Shown here: piece by piece, positions 1 through 8,840 of the stretch
How positions within the stretch are numbered: the stretch's first letter is position 1
Layout of the letters: the number at the start of each line of letters is the position of its first letter
IMG/VR virus record: IMGVR_UViG_3300025280_000165
Location: 1 to 24,219 of that record
DNA length: 24,219 bases
Direction: 5' to 3' (one strand)
Origin: a virus
Lineage: Duplodnaviria; Caudoviricetes
The notes under the pieces: generated by a model
Database searches by the model: none
Told to the model about the DNA's origin: nothing
What the model saw: only the letters and a program-made list of their open reading frames with translations
Program-made: the position numbers and the translations under genes

Positions 1-199
1 CCGAAGGCTTCAAGGTTGCACCAATAGATTCTGAAATAGTACCACTAGCTTCAATACATATCAAGTCACCAGTATACAGTTTCTTGGGAGCACGAGTTAT
101 AGTAGTAGGGGAAATCAAAGTACTTGATCCACCCGTATTATAATTCTGTCCCTTTTTTCGAGCAGGAAGGAAGCCACGTAGTGCTCTTGTACTAGACAT
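1..199 (-). CDS. Head-associated (putative capsid decoration/cement) protein, 5' part only
   Basis: Not in ORF track because it runs off the window edge. ATG at 199 (minus) with GGAAGGAG RBS; open to position 1: MSSTRALRGFLPARKKGQNYNTGG...LYTGDLICIEASGTI. Function inferred from position after the scaffold gene. Confidence 0.6.
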   Translation of the reverse strand, partial: MSSTRALRGFLPARKKGQNYNTGGSSTLISPTTITRAPKKLYTGDLICIEASGTISESIGATLKPS

Positions 200-225
200 A
201 GTATTCTCCTTCCAATGTTTAAGAA

Positions 226-717
226 CTACTCCTGAAACGTAGGAGTTCGTCCTTTAAATGTTCTCGATTTGCTATTATTGGAAATAGGCATCTGTGAACT
301 GGAATGTCTCATCAACTGTGAATTAACAGCTTCCAGCATCTCATTAGCCTTATTCCTATAATGCTTTCTTTTGGCCTCTAGCTTTACCGTGGGTATCTTA
401 CCCAAGGCTATGTCTCCACGACAGACAACTCCAGCATATCGACCTTCTTCTCTCACGGTAGAAGTGGCTCCCATCTCAGGAACTTCTTCAGGAGAAACAA
501 ACTCCCATCCTTGACCTTGTTTCTTACCAACTTCTTGGTAATCATCCTGACCATTAAGAAGGATACGTAGCCAACCAAGAGACATATCTTGCTGACGATA
601 TCTTTCCTCAACTTCACGAGGTATATAAGTTGCGTTTGGTTCTTCAAAGACGTACTCTGTTTCTTCTCTGGTTTCATTTTCCCTTGTTTGAGAATTACGT
701 GATTCAATACGTGTCAT
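226..717 (-). CDS. Conserved hypothetical phage protein in head module
   Basis: 163 aa, GGAGGAG RBS upstream, co-oriented and tightly packed behind the scaffold gene. Confidence 0.75.
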   Translation of the reverse strand: MTRIESRNSQTRENETREETEYVFEEPNATYIPREVEERYRQQDMSLGWLRILLNGQDDYQEVGKKQGQGWEFVSPEEVPEMGATSTVREEGRYAGVVCRGDIALGKIPTVKLEAKRKHYRNKANEMLEAVNSQLMRHSSSQMPISNNSKSRTFKGRTPTFQE

Positions 718-732
718 AATTTCTCCTCCACG

Positions 733-1668
733 TTACAGTTTAATTGCTGTGTATTCGCCATCGGCATCCTGTACCTTTAGCTTTTCAGCAGCATATTGTT
801 CAAGTGGTATACCCCAATTTTGTGCAAGCCTCACATCTTCTTTCGTCAGCTTTACTTTATTTGGGGCTGGAGTGGAACGTGACGCTCCAGCTACTACTTG
901 AGCAGGTTTTGACGGTTGTTCCTGCACCGAACTTTGAGTGACATCAGAGTTAAACTTAGTTGGAAATGCTTCCTTAATTCTGTTGTCAACTTCGTTATAA
1001 AATTCTGGATCATTTGGATCATACCCCTGTTCTTTTAATTCTGCATCTAAAGCCAGAGCAGCAGCGGTCATAATCCTATCCTGTCCAAACCATTCATTTC
1101 GTTGTGTCCATTCAACAGCTTTAGGATCTGGCCTATTCGTCTGTTGTACAGGCTGTACCTGTTGCTGAACTTGTTCAGGCTCTTGTTCAAAATGAGTTTT
1201 TGTTACAGTTAATGTTTTAAGATCATTCTGTGCATCATTTAAAAACTCTTGTGCTTGTAATATTTTACCTGTGTCTCCCTCATCATGTGCTGATTTGTAG
1301 GCAGCTCTGGCAAGTTCTAATTTATCTGTTAACTGCTTTTCACTTGCATCTAAGTTAAGTTTATTAATATTAGTAAATTCTTTTTCTCTACTGGTAATTC
1401 TACTAGAGAGTTGCTCATTCTGTTGTATAAGCTGCGAGATCTGATCATCACGATCCTTACGTTGTTTAACCAGTTGACGTATACGTTTCTGAGCACCTTT
1501 AGTTTCTATACCCTCTAATTCTTTTGATTCTTCTTTTGTTTCGGTATCTGAAGGAGCTTCTGGTTTAGCTGTAACCTTTTCCTCCTCTTGTTCTACTTCA
1601 AACTCGACTTTAGTTTCCTCTTTGGACGAGGGTGCTTCTACTTCAGTCCATTCTTCTTTCTCAATCAT
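733..1668 (-). CDS. Putative capsid scaffolding protein
   Basis: Acidic low-complexity N-terminus, long coiled coil (QKRIRQLVKQRKDRD...), Q/P-rich linker, short helical C-terminal domain; AAGGA RBS; downstream of portal and GroES. Confidence 0.75.
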   Translation of the reverse strand: MIEKEEWTEVEAPSSKEETKVEFEVEQEEEKVTAKPEAPSDTETKEESKELEGIETKGAQKRIRQLVKQRKDRDDQISQLIQQNEQLSSRITSREKEFTNINKLNLDASEKQLTDKLELARAAYKSAHDEGDTGKILQAQEFLNDAQNDLKTLTVTKTHFEQEPEQVQQQVQPVQQTNRPDPKAVEWTQRNEWFGQDRIMTAAALALDAELKEQGYDPNDPEFYNEVDNRIKEAFPTKFNSDVTQSSVQEQPSKPAQVVAGASRSTPAPNKVKLTKEDVRLAQNWGIPLEQYAAEKLKVQDADGEYTAIKL

Positions 1669-1718
1669 TTCAGTTCCTTTCGTTGCTTACGAAGCATACG
1701 GATTTACGTTACTACTTT

Positions 1719-1747
1719 ATTATACTATAAATTATATAAATGTGCAA
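1719..1747 (-). promoter_or_regulatory. Sigma70-type promoter for scaffold/capsid genes
   Basis: Minus strand TTGCAC (1747-1742), 17-nt spacer, TATAAT (1724-1719), in the gap between GroES and scaffold. Confidence 0.7.
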
Positions 1748-1750
1748 GTA

Positions 1751-2173
1751 CTATGATCCAGTTGTTAAATTAAATGTAGGATCTAGATCTCTTGGATGTT
1801 CTACTCTACATATTATCTGATCATCAAATAGTAGAATAAGTCTTACTGACTTATAAAATAATTTCTGACCAGCATGTTTAGCATAACATACAAAATCTCC
1901 TTCTTGGCACCATGCTCCATTTGGAAATTTTCCTTCATCGTCATATGCCAGTTCTCCTAAAGATAGGACTTTGCCTACCGTTGTGAGATATGCCATATCA
2001 TCTCTGGTTGAGTCAGGTAGCATAATGCCACCCTTTGTCACACCTTTTATACTTATGGGCCTAACTAAAATATGAAAGCCCGGTAGTTCTGGTAGAGGAT
2101 TGGGATCTTTGACCTCATCCTCTGTGATCCACATATCATTCTTGATAGCGTTTCCTAAATGTACCTGTTGCAT
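1751..2173 (-). CDS. groES: Co-chaperonin GroES (Cpn10)-like protein
   Basis: PGFHILVRP, mobile loop TKGGIMLPD, VGKVLSLGELAY, GDFVCYAKHAG and LLFDDQII match the Cpn10 pattern. Confidence 0.9.
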   Translation of the reverse strand: MQQVHLGNAIKNDMWITEDEVKDPNPLPELPGFHILVRPISIKGVTKGGIMLPDSTRDDMAYLTTVGKVLSLGELAYDDEGKFPNGAWCQEGDFVCYAKHAGQKLFYKSVRLILLFDDQIICRVEHPRDLDPTFNLTTGS

Positions 2174-2365
2174 TTACTCCTCATCATCATACATTCTCTT
2201 CTTGAGAATAGTTGTAAAAATTTCTCTACTCCAACGAATACCCTGCATATGTCCAACAAGTTCTCTATAGTTAGAAAAACTTTCGGCACCACCTTCAGAG
2301 ACTACAGTTTGTAACTTCTGTAATTCGTTATTATATTCTTTTATTACCTCATCCCAAATTTCCAT
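2174..2365 (-). CDS. Small hypothetical protein between portal and GroES
   Basis: 63 aa helical ORF; start overlaps the upstream stop and its stop abuts the groES start. Confidence 0.75.
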   Translation of the reverse strand: MEIWDEVIKEYNNELQKLQTVVSEGGAESFSNYRELVGHMQGIRWSREIFTTILKKRMYDDEE

Positions 2366-2574
2366 TATCTAACTGGCTTGGGATATTTCCATGCAGATGC
2401 ATCTCGTTCATTCAGCACACCTTTACGTGCTCTGGCACCAACACCGCCATCTGCCTCAGACTTCTTAGTGAAATCACCATATGCACCACCGTCACCGTTG
2501 GGTACATGTTCTGGGTATCCATTAGTTACACCCTTAAAATCGTTAGGGTAGTGTACTCCTCTATACTTAGGCAT
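2365..2574 (-). CDS. Small hypothetical protein
   Basis: 69 aa, AAGGAG RBS in the portal 3' end, coupled to both neighbours. Confidence 0.7.
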   Translation of the reverse strand: MPKYRGVHYPNDFKGVTNGYPEHVPNGDGGAYGDFTKKSEADGGVGARARKGVLNERDASAWKYPKPVR

Positions 2575-2575
2575 C

Positions 2576-5179
2576 TTATTCTCCTTTCCTATTAGATTTA
2601 TCTTTCATAAGATCACTTACTATATCAACAAGTTTTAACTGCTTATCTTTATCTATATCAGCTGACTTTTCTAAAGCCTTACTTCGTATTTTTTCGATAT
2701 CCATATTATGTTTATTCTTACCGATAGATGCTTTAATTGCCATGTCTACCATTTTTAACTCACTATCTTGATTTAGTTTTAATTCATCTATACCAGCTTT
2801 AGTTAGTAATTCAACAGTCTTCATAGTTTCCTTACTTGCTCTATCCAGATCAGACTTCTCCTGCCTATATGCAGAATTTAAACCTGATTCCATAGCATCT
2901 TGAGCTAACTTGGCTTCTTCCAATTGTAACTTCTGTGCATCCAATGCAGCTTCCGCAGCATTCTGTGCAGCATCTAATTGTAATTTCTGCTGTTGCAATT
3001 CTACCTTTTTCTGTTCGAGAGCAACTAGTTGTTGTTCAGGAGACTGTGCCTGACCCATAGCCTGATTAGCATTAAGTACCTGTTGAGCAGCATAAACCAT
3101 AGCACCTTCCATAACTTCTGGAGATTGTTCTGGAACCTGTTGTAATGCCTGTTGAGCAACACCATTAATCTGCTCTTGATACTTATGTACCATATGTTCC
3201 TGAATATTAGCTTCCAATATAGGCTTCGTACGTTGCATAGCTGGATTCTTTCCATGAACAGGATCTTGTAAATAAGCTGTCTTAACCTGTATATGAGCAT
3301 CATGATTCTGACCGGGAAAGGCACCAATAGGTATACCCTTTGTCGCAGCCATGATATCTGATACAGGATCAAGTTCTTTTGGTTTACGTTTAGGTGGAAG
3401 TATCTCTTCCATATTCGGCATGTTGGCTGCATTTAAAATTGTTCTGTTTAATGCTTCCAAGTTAAACATGCCGGGAGGTGATTGCTGTGCCATTTGCATA
3501 GCCATTTGTGCAATCATAAGGCGGTGAGCATTGGATGGAATATTGGGATCGCTGACGGGGATAACGTCCACTCTTCCATCAAAGTCGGACTTGAATATAC
3601 TCCGACTTTCATACGGCACATCGTAGGGATATTCACTTGGTAGATAATCATAATCTATTCTAGCCAAGATCCTAAATTCATCTCTCTGGGATTTATGCAA
3701 TCTCTTGTGGATTGCAGAGAAGAATTTACTGGATGCTTCCAGTAGTGCCATAGTTGTACCCACAGGTCCGTAAGAAGATGCTTCCGATACAATCTGTTCT
3801 GTACTGTCGGCAAACTTCTGACCTGCTGTTGTTACGAAACCCAACATCTGGAACAAGGTCGAGGAAGGCTCTTTGTAGGGGAGAGGAACGATAGCCTTTG
3901 CCAAGTCCATACCTGTAGATTCAACTTCTTTAAACTCACCGGGACTGATAGGATCATTGTCACCAACCATCCTAACACCTTTTGCCTTAAAGCCTCCCGG
4001 CAGGTTCGCAAATTGACCTGCATCAATGAGACTTCTCATTGCTGCTGTAGCACTCATGGTTAGATTACCAAGGAAGTGCATGAGGCCAAAACCGTAGAAA
4101 CCAAAACCCGGTACGAATCTATAATGTACAAAGTGATTCACTTTTTCTTTATTCGGATCATCAGGTTTATAGTTTCTACGAATACATAAAACTTTTCTGG
4201 ATTGTTCTTCTATTGTTACAATGTAGGGAAGTGCTATTCCCTCTTCTTTATTAGGTTCATCCAATTCCAGATAACAATGCTGTTCCAGTAAAACATATTG
4301 AGGATCTGTATCCTGTGTTGGAGAGAACCCTAATATTGTATCCATCTTGGATGCAAATGCCGTGGGTTCAGGATTGGATGCTTCCGGTAATTCTGTATCG
4401 GAATATATTCCTGAACGAATATCTTTTGCCAAATCAACTGGACTACGATAAATTACATGTGTATACCTGTCAGCCTTGGAAAGATTACTGGAATAATAAG
4501 ATACGTAAAACTGGTCAATAGGAACAAATTCTGACACTGGTCGTTTAAGATTTGCATCGTAATATACTTTCTTAAATGCAGAGCCTATTAATGGAAGATG
4601 GAAGAGCATCTTTTCAAATTCGTCAAAGTACTCTGGCATCTGCTCTGTAAGCTGATAGTTCATAAAGTTCTTAACACGATTAGCTTGTGTCTCACGTTGA
4701 GGAGTGGACTTGCCAAGTATCTGTGTCTTTATCGGACCTGCTGATGGAAACAATTCCTGTGATGCTTTACTCTGGAACTTCACGGCTGATTCAATTAGCA
4801 ATGGATGTACAGCCGTACATGCACCTTCAAATGGTTCGGAGGATTCCTGTATCTTCAGACCAAGCAGATCGAAGCCACGTTCAAACATGGACTCCCATTC
4901 TTGTCGGGAGTTCTTATCTGCATCGTAATTATTATAAGTATCCTCTGCAATTTCTCCCAGAGTACTTTCATCTAGATCTTCTGCAAGATTTGTATACCAT
5001 TCTTTTATAGGAGCTTCTGCTTCCATTTCAACAGTATTGCTAAAATCTACAGTAACTCCACCATCAGGATCTAATTCAAATGTTGCTTCTGTTTCTTCTT
5101 CCATAGGAACAGGACTCATAGGAACTACATTAGATACTTCCTGTGGTATTTGTTCAAATGGATTTCGTTCTGTTGCCAT
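2576..5179 (-). CDS. Portal protein (P22-like, long C-terminal coiled coil)
   Basis: 867 aa; PFEGACTAVHPLLIES, HLPLIGSAFKKVYYD, FVPGFGFYGFG, DAGQFANLPGGFK, PVGTTMALLE, PVSDPN motifs; Q-rich coiled-coil tail; lies downstream of TerL. Confidence 0.9.
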   Translation of the reverse strand: MATERNPFEQIPQEVSNVVPMSPVPMEEETEATFELDPDGGVTVDFSNTVEMEAEAPIKEWYTNLAEDLDESTLGEIAEDTYNNYDADKNSRQEWESMFERGFDLLGLKIQESSEPFEGACTAVHPLLIESAVKFQSKASQELFPSAGPIKTQILGKSTPQRETQANRVKNFMNYQLTEQMPEYFDEFEKMLFHLPLIGSAFKKVYYDANLKRPVSEFVPIDQFYVSYYSSNLSKADRYTHVIYRSPVDLAKDIRSGIYSDTELPEASNPEPTAFASKMDTILGFSPTQDTDPQYVLLEQHCYLELDEPNKEEGIALPYIVTIEEQSRKVLCIRRNYKPDDPNKEKVNHFVHYRFVPGFGFYGFGLMHFLGNLTMSATAAMRSLIDAGQFANLPGGFKAKGVRMVGDNDPISPGEFKEVESTGMDLAKAIVPLPYKEPSSTLFQMLGFVTTAGQKFADSTEQIVSEASSYGPVGTTMALLEASSKFFSAIHKRLHKSQRDEFRILARIDYDYLPSEYPYDVPYESRSIFKSDFDGRVDVIPVSDPNIPSNAHRLMIAQMAMQMAQQSPPGMFNLEALNRTILNAANMPNMEEILPPKRKPKELDPVSDIMAATKGIPIGAFPGQNHDAHIQVKTAYLQDPVHGKNPAMQRTKPILEANIQEHMVHKYQEQINGVAQQALQQVPEQSPEVMEGAMVYAAQQVLNANQAMGQAQSPEQQLVALEQKKVELQQQKLQLDAAQNAAEAALDAQKLQLEEAKLAQDAMESGLNSAYRQEKSDLDRASKETMKTVELLTKAGIDELKLNQDSELKMVDMAIKASIGKNKHNMDIEKIRSKALEKSADIDKDKQLKLVDIVSDLMKDKSNRKGE

Positions 5180-5195
5180 ATTTATTTTCCCGTCT

Positions 5196-6167
5196 TTATC
5201 TATCTACTGGTATTTGAAAATCATAATCATCATCATGTGCTGTAGGTGTTGGACCCATTACATAAGCAGCAGCTCCCAGTGGAGTTCCTCTTTTAAATAC
5301 TGATAGAGCTGATAGTAATTTATTTATAGATGGCTTATCAGTTTCTTTTGGACCTGTTATCTGTTTTGAACCTTTAGGCTTTGTATCTTTTTTATCAGCC
5401 AGTTGAGTTAGTAATCTTCCTAATGCATGTGTACCAACCGTTTTACCTACATCTTTTATACGTTCTTCTGGTGTATCTTTTTTTCTTTCAGTTGGAAGTT
5501 CTGCTACAATATCTTCTATTGAAAATTCATCATCTTCCGATTCTTCATCATCTTCCCACACATCAACTATCTGATCAAAATTAGTTCCTACAGGTTCTCC
5601 AGCTTCATAATCTTTTATTGCAGTATTGATAATATTTTCCATTTCTGTTTCTATTGCAGTATCTAATTCTTCACCAGAAAGTATTTCAAATTCTGGTTCT
5701 TTACCTTCCTCTCCATAATGGTATCCAATAAATTTAGAATATTTGTCCAGATTCGACATATAACCTTGATAAGTATCTCTAGCTAATCGTGTAGCTATAT
5801 AGTTAGCTTTATCCTCACTAATTCCATCCTTCATTAATTCTTGTTTTAAATTGTGAAAATTATCTGATAGAGCATTCTTAAGATGTTTCCATGAATTTAT
5901 TCCATGTGTTACATAGTCAGGATTCATTTCCATATCTTCTCTTTCATTACCAAGATCTAGGAACTTAGATACTAAAGATTTTAGAACTTCAGGTGAAGAT
6001 CCTTTTGATTTACTAGGTACTATATCACCTAGAGTAAGATCTGCTATAGCACCGGGAAGGGAAGGCAGAACGGCTCTACCTATTGTTGCTAGACCACCAC
6101 GTAAAACTTCCCTCCGATCTACTTCAGGTATTATATCAGGTAAATTTGTTTTCTTATCATTAGCCAC
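5196..6167 (-). CDS. Hypothetical acidic protein with N-terminal twin-arginine-like motif
   Basis: 323 aa, GTG start with AAGGGG RBS, fills the TerL-portal gap; DRREVL motif followed by an apolar stretch. Confidence 0.7.
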   Translation of the reverse strand: MANDKKTNLPDIIPEVDRREVLRGGLATIGRAVLPSLPGAIADLTLGDIVPSKSKGSSPEVLKSLVSKFLDLGNEREDMEMNPDYVTHGINSWKHLKNALSDNFHNLKQELMKDGISEDKANYIATRLARDTYQGYMSNLDKYSKFIGYHYGEEGKEPEFEILSGEELDTAIETEMENIINTAIKDYEAGEPVGTNFDQIVDVWEDDEESEDDEFSIEDIVAELPTERKKDTPEERIKDVGKTVGTHALGRLLTQLADKKDTKPKGSKQITGPKETDKPSINKLLSALSVFKRGTPLGAAAYVMGPTPTAHDDDYDFQIPVDR

Positions 6168-6196
6168 GAGAGTTCCCCTTTAACTCCATTATACAC

Positions 6197-7738
6197 CTAA
6201 GTTCTCCAATATGCAACCCTTTGTTGCTTTCTTGGTTCATCTTCCCATTGAGGATCTTCTGGATGTGTTACATGCCATGATTCTCTTAGGAAATGTATAG
6301 CCATTGTCAAGGCATCTACCTGATCATCATGGGCTGCATTGGGAAACTGTATCAGTTCTTCTATAAGATCAGCAGCCCACTTCTTATGTACAGGTATCCA
6401 AACCTTTCCTGCTTCCATCATGGGAGAAGCTGCATATACCCTGCTGACTTTATCCCTATCTGGAAGATATTCTCTTATAGGTAGGCCACTTCTTCTCATA
6501 TCCTGTATGAGTGACTGACCACTTGCCTTCTTCTCTATAATACATACATCTGGTTTAAACTGATCGTACAACATTTGTGATATTCTACGTAGTTCTGGAT
6601 ATTCAAAGCGACCTTTAAGATTACCAAGAAGAATCAGATTGGATACATAAGATTCTCGTCCGTCTTCCTCCTCATCAAACATGGAGAATATACCCCATGT
6701 CTGTATTACACTAAAGTCTGCCGTAGTTCGAGTGGAAAAGGCCGTATCATATGTTTGCAGGATAAAGTCACATGTTGGTGGATCTTCGTATTCCCACTCT
6801 CGTATCCATTTCTTCTTTATCAGTCCACCTTCTTCTGGAGTTGGATCTTGCATGTACAATGCATTCCAGTATCGTGCTCCATTCGAGGCTTTAATCTCAT
6901 TCTCATCAATTTGTAATACTTCTTTGGGCTTCCATTCGGGAAAATAGGAAGAACCCACTGGTAGCTCTAAAAGTTCTGCCGCTTCATCATCTAACCATGC
7001 AGGTATTCGTACAACTTCCCAAGGTAGAGTCTCATATTCACTCATTTCCTCTTGTTGTTTTAGCAACCAGCCACATAAATCATCGAAATGATACCTTGTA
7101 TTAATGATGAGTATGGAACCATTGGGCATTATACGTGTACGTAGGCCAGCAGGATACCATTCTTTGACATATCTACGGCCAGCTTCGGAATATGAGTCCT
7201 CTTCGGACATCACATCGTCCAATATGGCTATATTAGCCCCTCGTCCTGCAATCTGACTACGGACCCCGGCTGCGTAATAGGTGCCATTCTGGTTTGTTTT
7301 CCACTTTCCTGCTGCTCTAACGTCCGTCCGTAACGAAACTCCTTTAAATATCTCCTGAAACTGTTCAGAGTTAACAACGTCACGAACAGAACGGCCAAAA
7401 TCACTAGAAAGTTGATCACTGTGAGAAACAGTAAGAATTTCATGTTCTGGATTTCTCCCTATATACCATGCTGGAAACAATTTGGAACAGATAACAGACT
7501 TGGAACTCCGTGGTGGTAGGAATACCATCAGCCTTTTTATCTCTCCAGCCTCTAATTGTCTTAATTTATTGGAAATTACCTCTATATGCTTACCCATCTT
7601 CCAATCGGAGACAAGCATCGGGGCCATTAAACGGACAAATGACAGGAAATCATCTTTAGTTTCCTGTAGTACACTTAGATTTAATAGACCTTGAAGGTTA
7701 ACATACGGAGATACAATAGAATCTTCTTGTAAATTCAT
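6197..7738 (-). CDS. terL: Terminase large subunit
   Basis: Walker A-like PPRSSKS, Walker B AILDD, NTRYHFDDL coupling motif, ALYMQDP linker, RNase H-like nuclease motifs YDTAFS, IEKKASG and HDDQVDA. Confidence 0.95.
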   Translation of the reverse strand: MNLQEDSIVSPYVNLQGLLNLSVLQETKDDFLSFVRLMAPMLVSDWKMGKHIEVISNKLRQLEAGEIKRLMVFLPPRSSKSVICSKLFPAWYIGRNPEHEILTVSHSDQLSSDFGRSVRDVVNSEQFQEIFKGVSLRTDVRAAGKWKTNQNGTYYAAGVRSQIAGRGANIAILDDVMSEEDSYSEAGRRYVKEWYPAGLRTRIMPNGSILIINTRYHFDDLCGWLLKQQEEMSEYETLPWEVVRIPAWLDDEAAELLELPVGSSYFPEWKPKEVLQIDENEIKASNGARYWNALYMQDPTPEEGGLIKKKWIREWEYEDPPTCDFILQTYDTAFSTRTTADFSVIQTWGIFSMFDEEEDGRESYVSNLILLGNLKGRFEYPELRRISQMLYDQFKPDVCIIEKKASGQSLIQDMRRSGLPIREYLPDRDKVSRVYAASPMMEAGKVWIPVHKKWAADLIEELIQFPNAAHDDQVDALTMAIHFLRESWHVTHPEDPQWEDEPRKQQRVAYWRT

Positions 7739-7822
7739 TATTAGCTCTAAAAAAATAATAAAAAATAAAAAATATTCAAATAAGTTTTAATAATTTTAGT
7801 TGATCTACTTATTTTATATATA

Positions 7823-7851
7823 ATTATACAACAAAAGTGGTGAACATCCAA
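7823..7851 (-). promoter_or_regulatory. Putative sigma70-type promoter for the packaging/head arm
   Basis: Minus strand TTGGAT (7851-7846), 17 nt, TATAAT (7828-7823), in an AT-rich tract upstream of terL. Confidence 0.55.
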
Positions 7852-8095
7852 ATGATTTTTACTATGACCCTGTAATTTTAGGTAAATATGTGGCACCCCA
7901 TTCTATATATATGATCAAGCCAGCCATTTTTCCCTCCCCCTCCCCATTTTTGGCTGTTTTGCTTGCTTTTTGGGGCAAAATGATACCTTGGTGATATCCC
8001 TAGGTTTTCTCATGGTTTATATGTCTGTTTAGTGGGTTTTCCCTAGGTTTTCTGCCGTTTTTGGACCTTGGTTGACGATGAAGGTCGATGAAGAT

Positions 8096-8250
8096 TTAGA
8101 AACCCTAGACTCCTCCTTCGGAGTCGTAGGGTTTCTTAGGCTGCAAATTCCACAGCAAATTTTCATTTCATTTTTCACATCGTTGCAAGGTGAAATCGAA
8201 AATCAATTAGAAACCCTAGACTCCTCCTTCGGAGTCGTAGGGTTTCTTAG
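8096..8250. repeat. Exact 44-bp direct repeat (8096-8139 and 8207-8250), each copy a hairpin
   Basis: TTAGAAACCCTAGACTCCTCCTTCGGAGTCGTAGGGTTTCTTAG twice, 111 bp apart; AGAAACCCTAGACTCC pairs with GGAGTC(G)TAGGGTTTCT; both copies are followed by AATTCCACAGCAA. Confidence 0.95.
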
Positions 8251-8288
8251 CCTACGAATTCCACAGCAACCAATTCCGGTTGTTGAAC

Positions 8289-8312
8289 CTAGCTACCAGC
8301 AATGGTAGTTAG
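8289..8312 (+). promoter_or_regulatory. GNRA-capped stem-loop in the leader of the first early gene
   Basis: CTAGCTACCA-GCAA-TGGTAGTTAG: 10-bp stem with one G-U pair and a GCAA tetraloop. Confidence 0.6.
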
Positions 8313-8348
8313 CCGTTGTTGGTGGCACTTGATCGAAAGGATCAAAAA

Positions 8349-8684
8349 ATGACCACAAAACAACAAGTTACCGACTTAGCCAAGATCGTTCTTGGACTAG
8401 CCAATCAGGTCGAAGAACTCACCAATCAGGTGAAAAACGACCAACCAACCAAGGCTAAAAAGTCTCGGAAAACGGCGGCTAGAGCCACGAAAGCACCTGC
8501 AAAAAAGCAGGTAACTCGTTGGTTTAAGCAAGGTAAAAATGGCAAGTGGACCGAAACCAAGGATGGATCTAGGGTTCAATTCCAAAAAGACAAGGAAGCC
8601 CTAGTCCCTCTGGCCATGTTCAACTCCAAAACTGGAGAATTGAAAGCATGGAACTCTGACGGTGACGTTTCATTGCCAGTATAG
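8349..8684 (+). CDS. First early protein; coiled coil, Lys/Ala-rich linker, small C-terminal domain
   Basis: Start revised to ATG 8349 (AAGGA RBS); KAKKSRKTAARATKAPAKK linker. Confidence 0.8.
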   Translation: MTTKQQVTDLAKIVLGLANQVEELTNQVKNDQPTKAKKSRKTAARATKAPAKKQVTRWFKQGKNGKWTETKDGSRVQFQKDKEALVPLAMFNSKTGELKAWNSDGDVSLPV

Positions 8685-8693
8685 CTAGGTTAA

Positions 8694-8816
8694 GCCATGA
8701 GGGGGGCTATCAAGCCCCCCGATTGGTTTCTATAAGCCCTATCCGTAGGGTTTATAAAAACCAATTGAGGTTTATCGAATAGGTCTATCATGGCCTATAA
8801 TGGCCCTATCATGGGC
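8694..8816 (+). repeat. Structured intergenic cassette, copy A
   Basis: Four consecutive hairpins (8701-8720, 8722-8765, 8779-8798, 8803-8816); homologous to 9982-10081. Confidence 0.9.
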
Positions 8817-8840
8817 TAACAATCAGCAAGGGAGTTTATT

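Noticed and set aside
453-7694. Alternative-frame and antisense ORFs in the structural arm (453-707, 744-941, 1588-1773, 3025-3432, 3832-4026, 4315-4521, 4687-5010, 4704-4928, 5037-5303, 5381-5584, 6293-6484, 6681-6947, 7228-7443, 7482-7694)
   Set aside because: They overlap well-supported genes and show no recognisable motifs; typical shadow ORFs.
7931-7946. G-quadruplex on the minus strand (GGGGAGGGGGAGGG)
   Set aside because: Only three adjacent G-tracts; a canonical three-tier quadruplex needs four, so it is kept only as part of the terminus candidate.
8096-8250. Mini CRISPR array
   Set aside because: Only two repeats, a 67-bp intervening sequence that itself shares motifs with the flanks, and no cas operon. 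The Cas4-like gene is 13 kb away in the replication module.
8072-8308. 78-aa ORF with duplicated LETLDSSFGVVGFL
   Set aside because: TTG start with no RBS; the peptide repeat follows from the 111-bp DNA duplication, and conservation tracks the hairpin. Not fully excluded because 111 is a multiple of 3.
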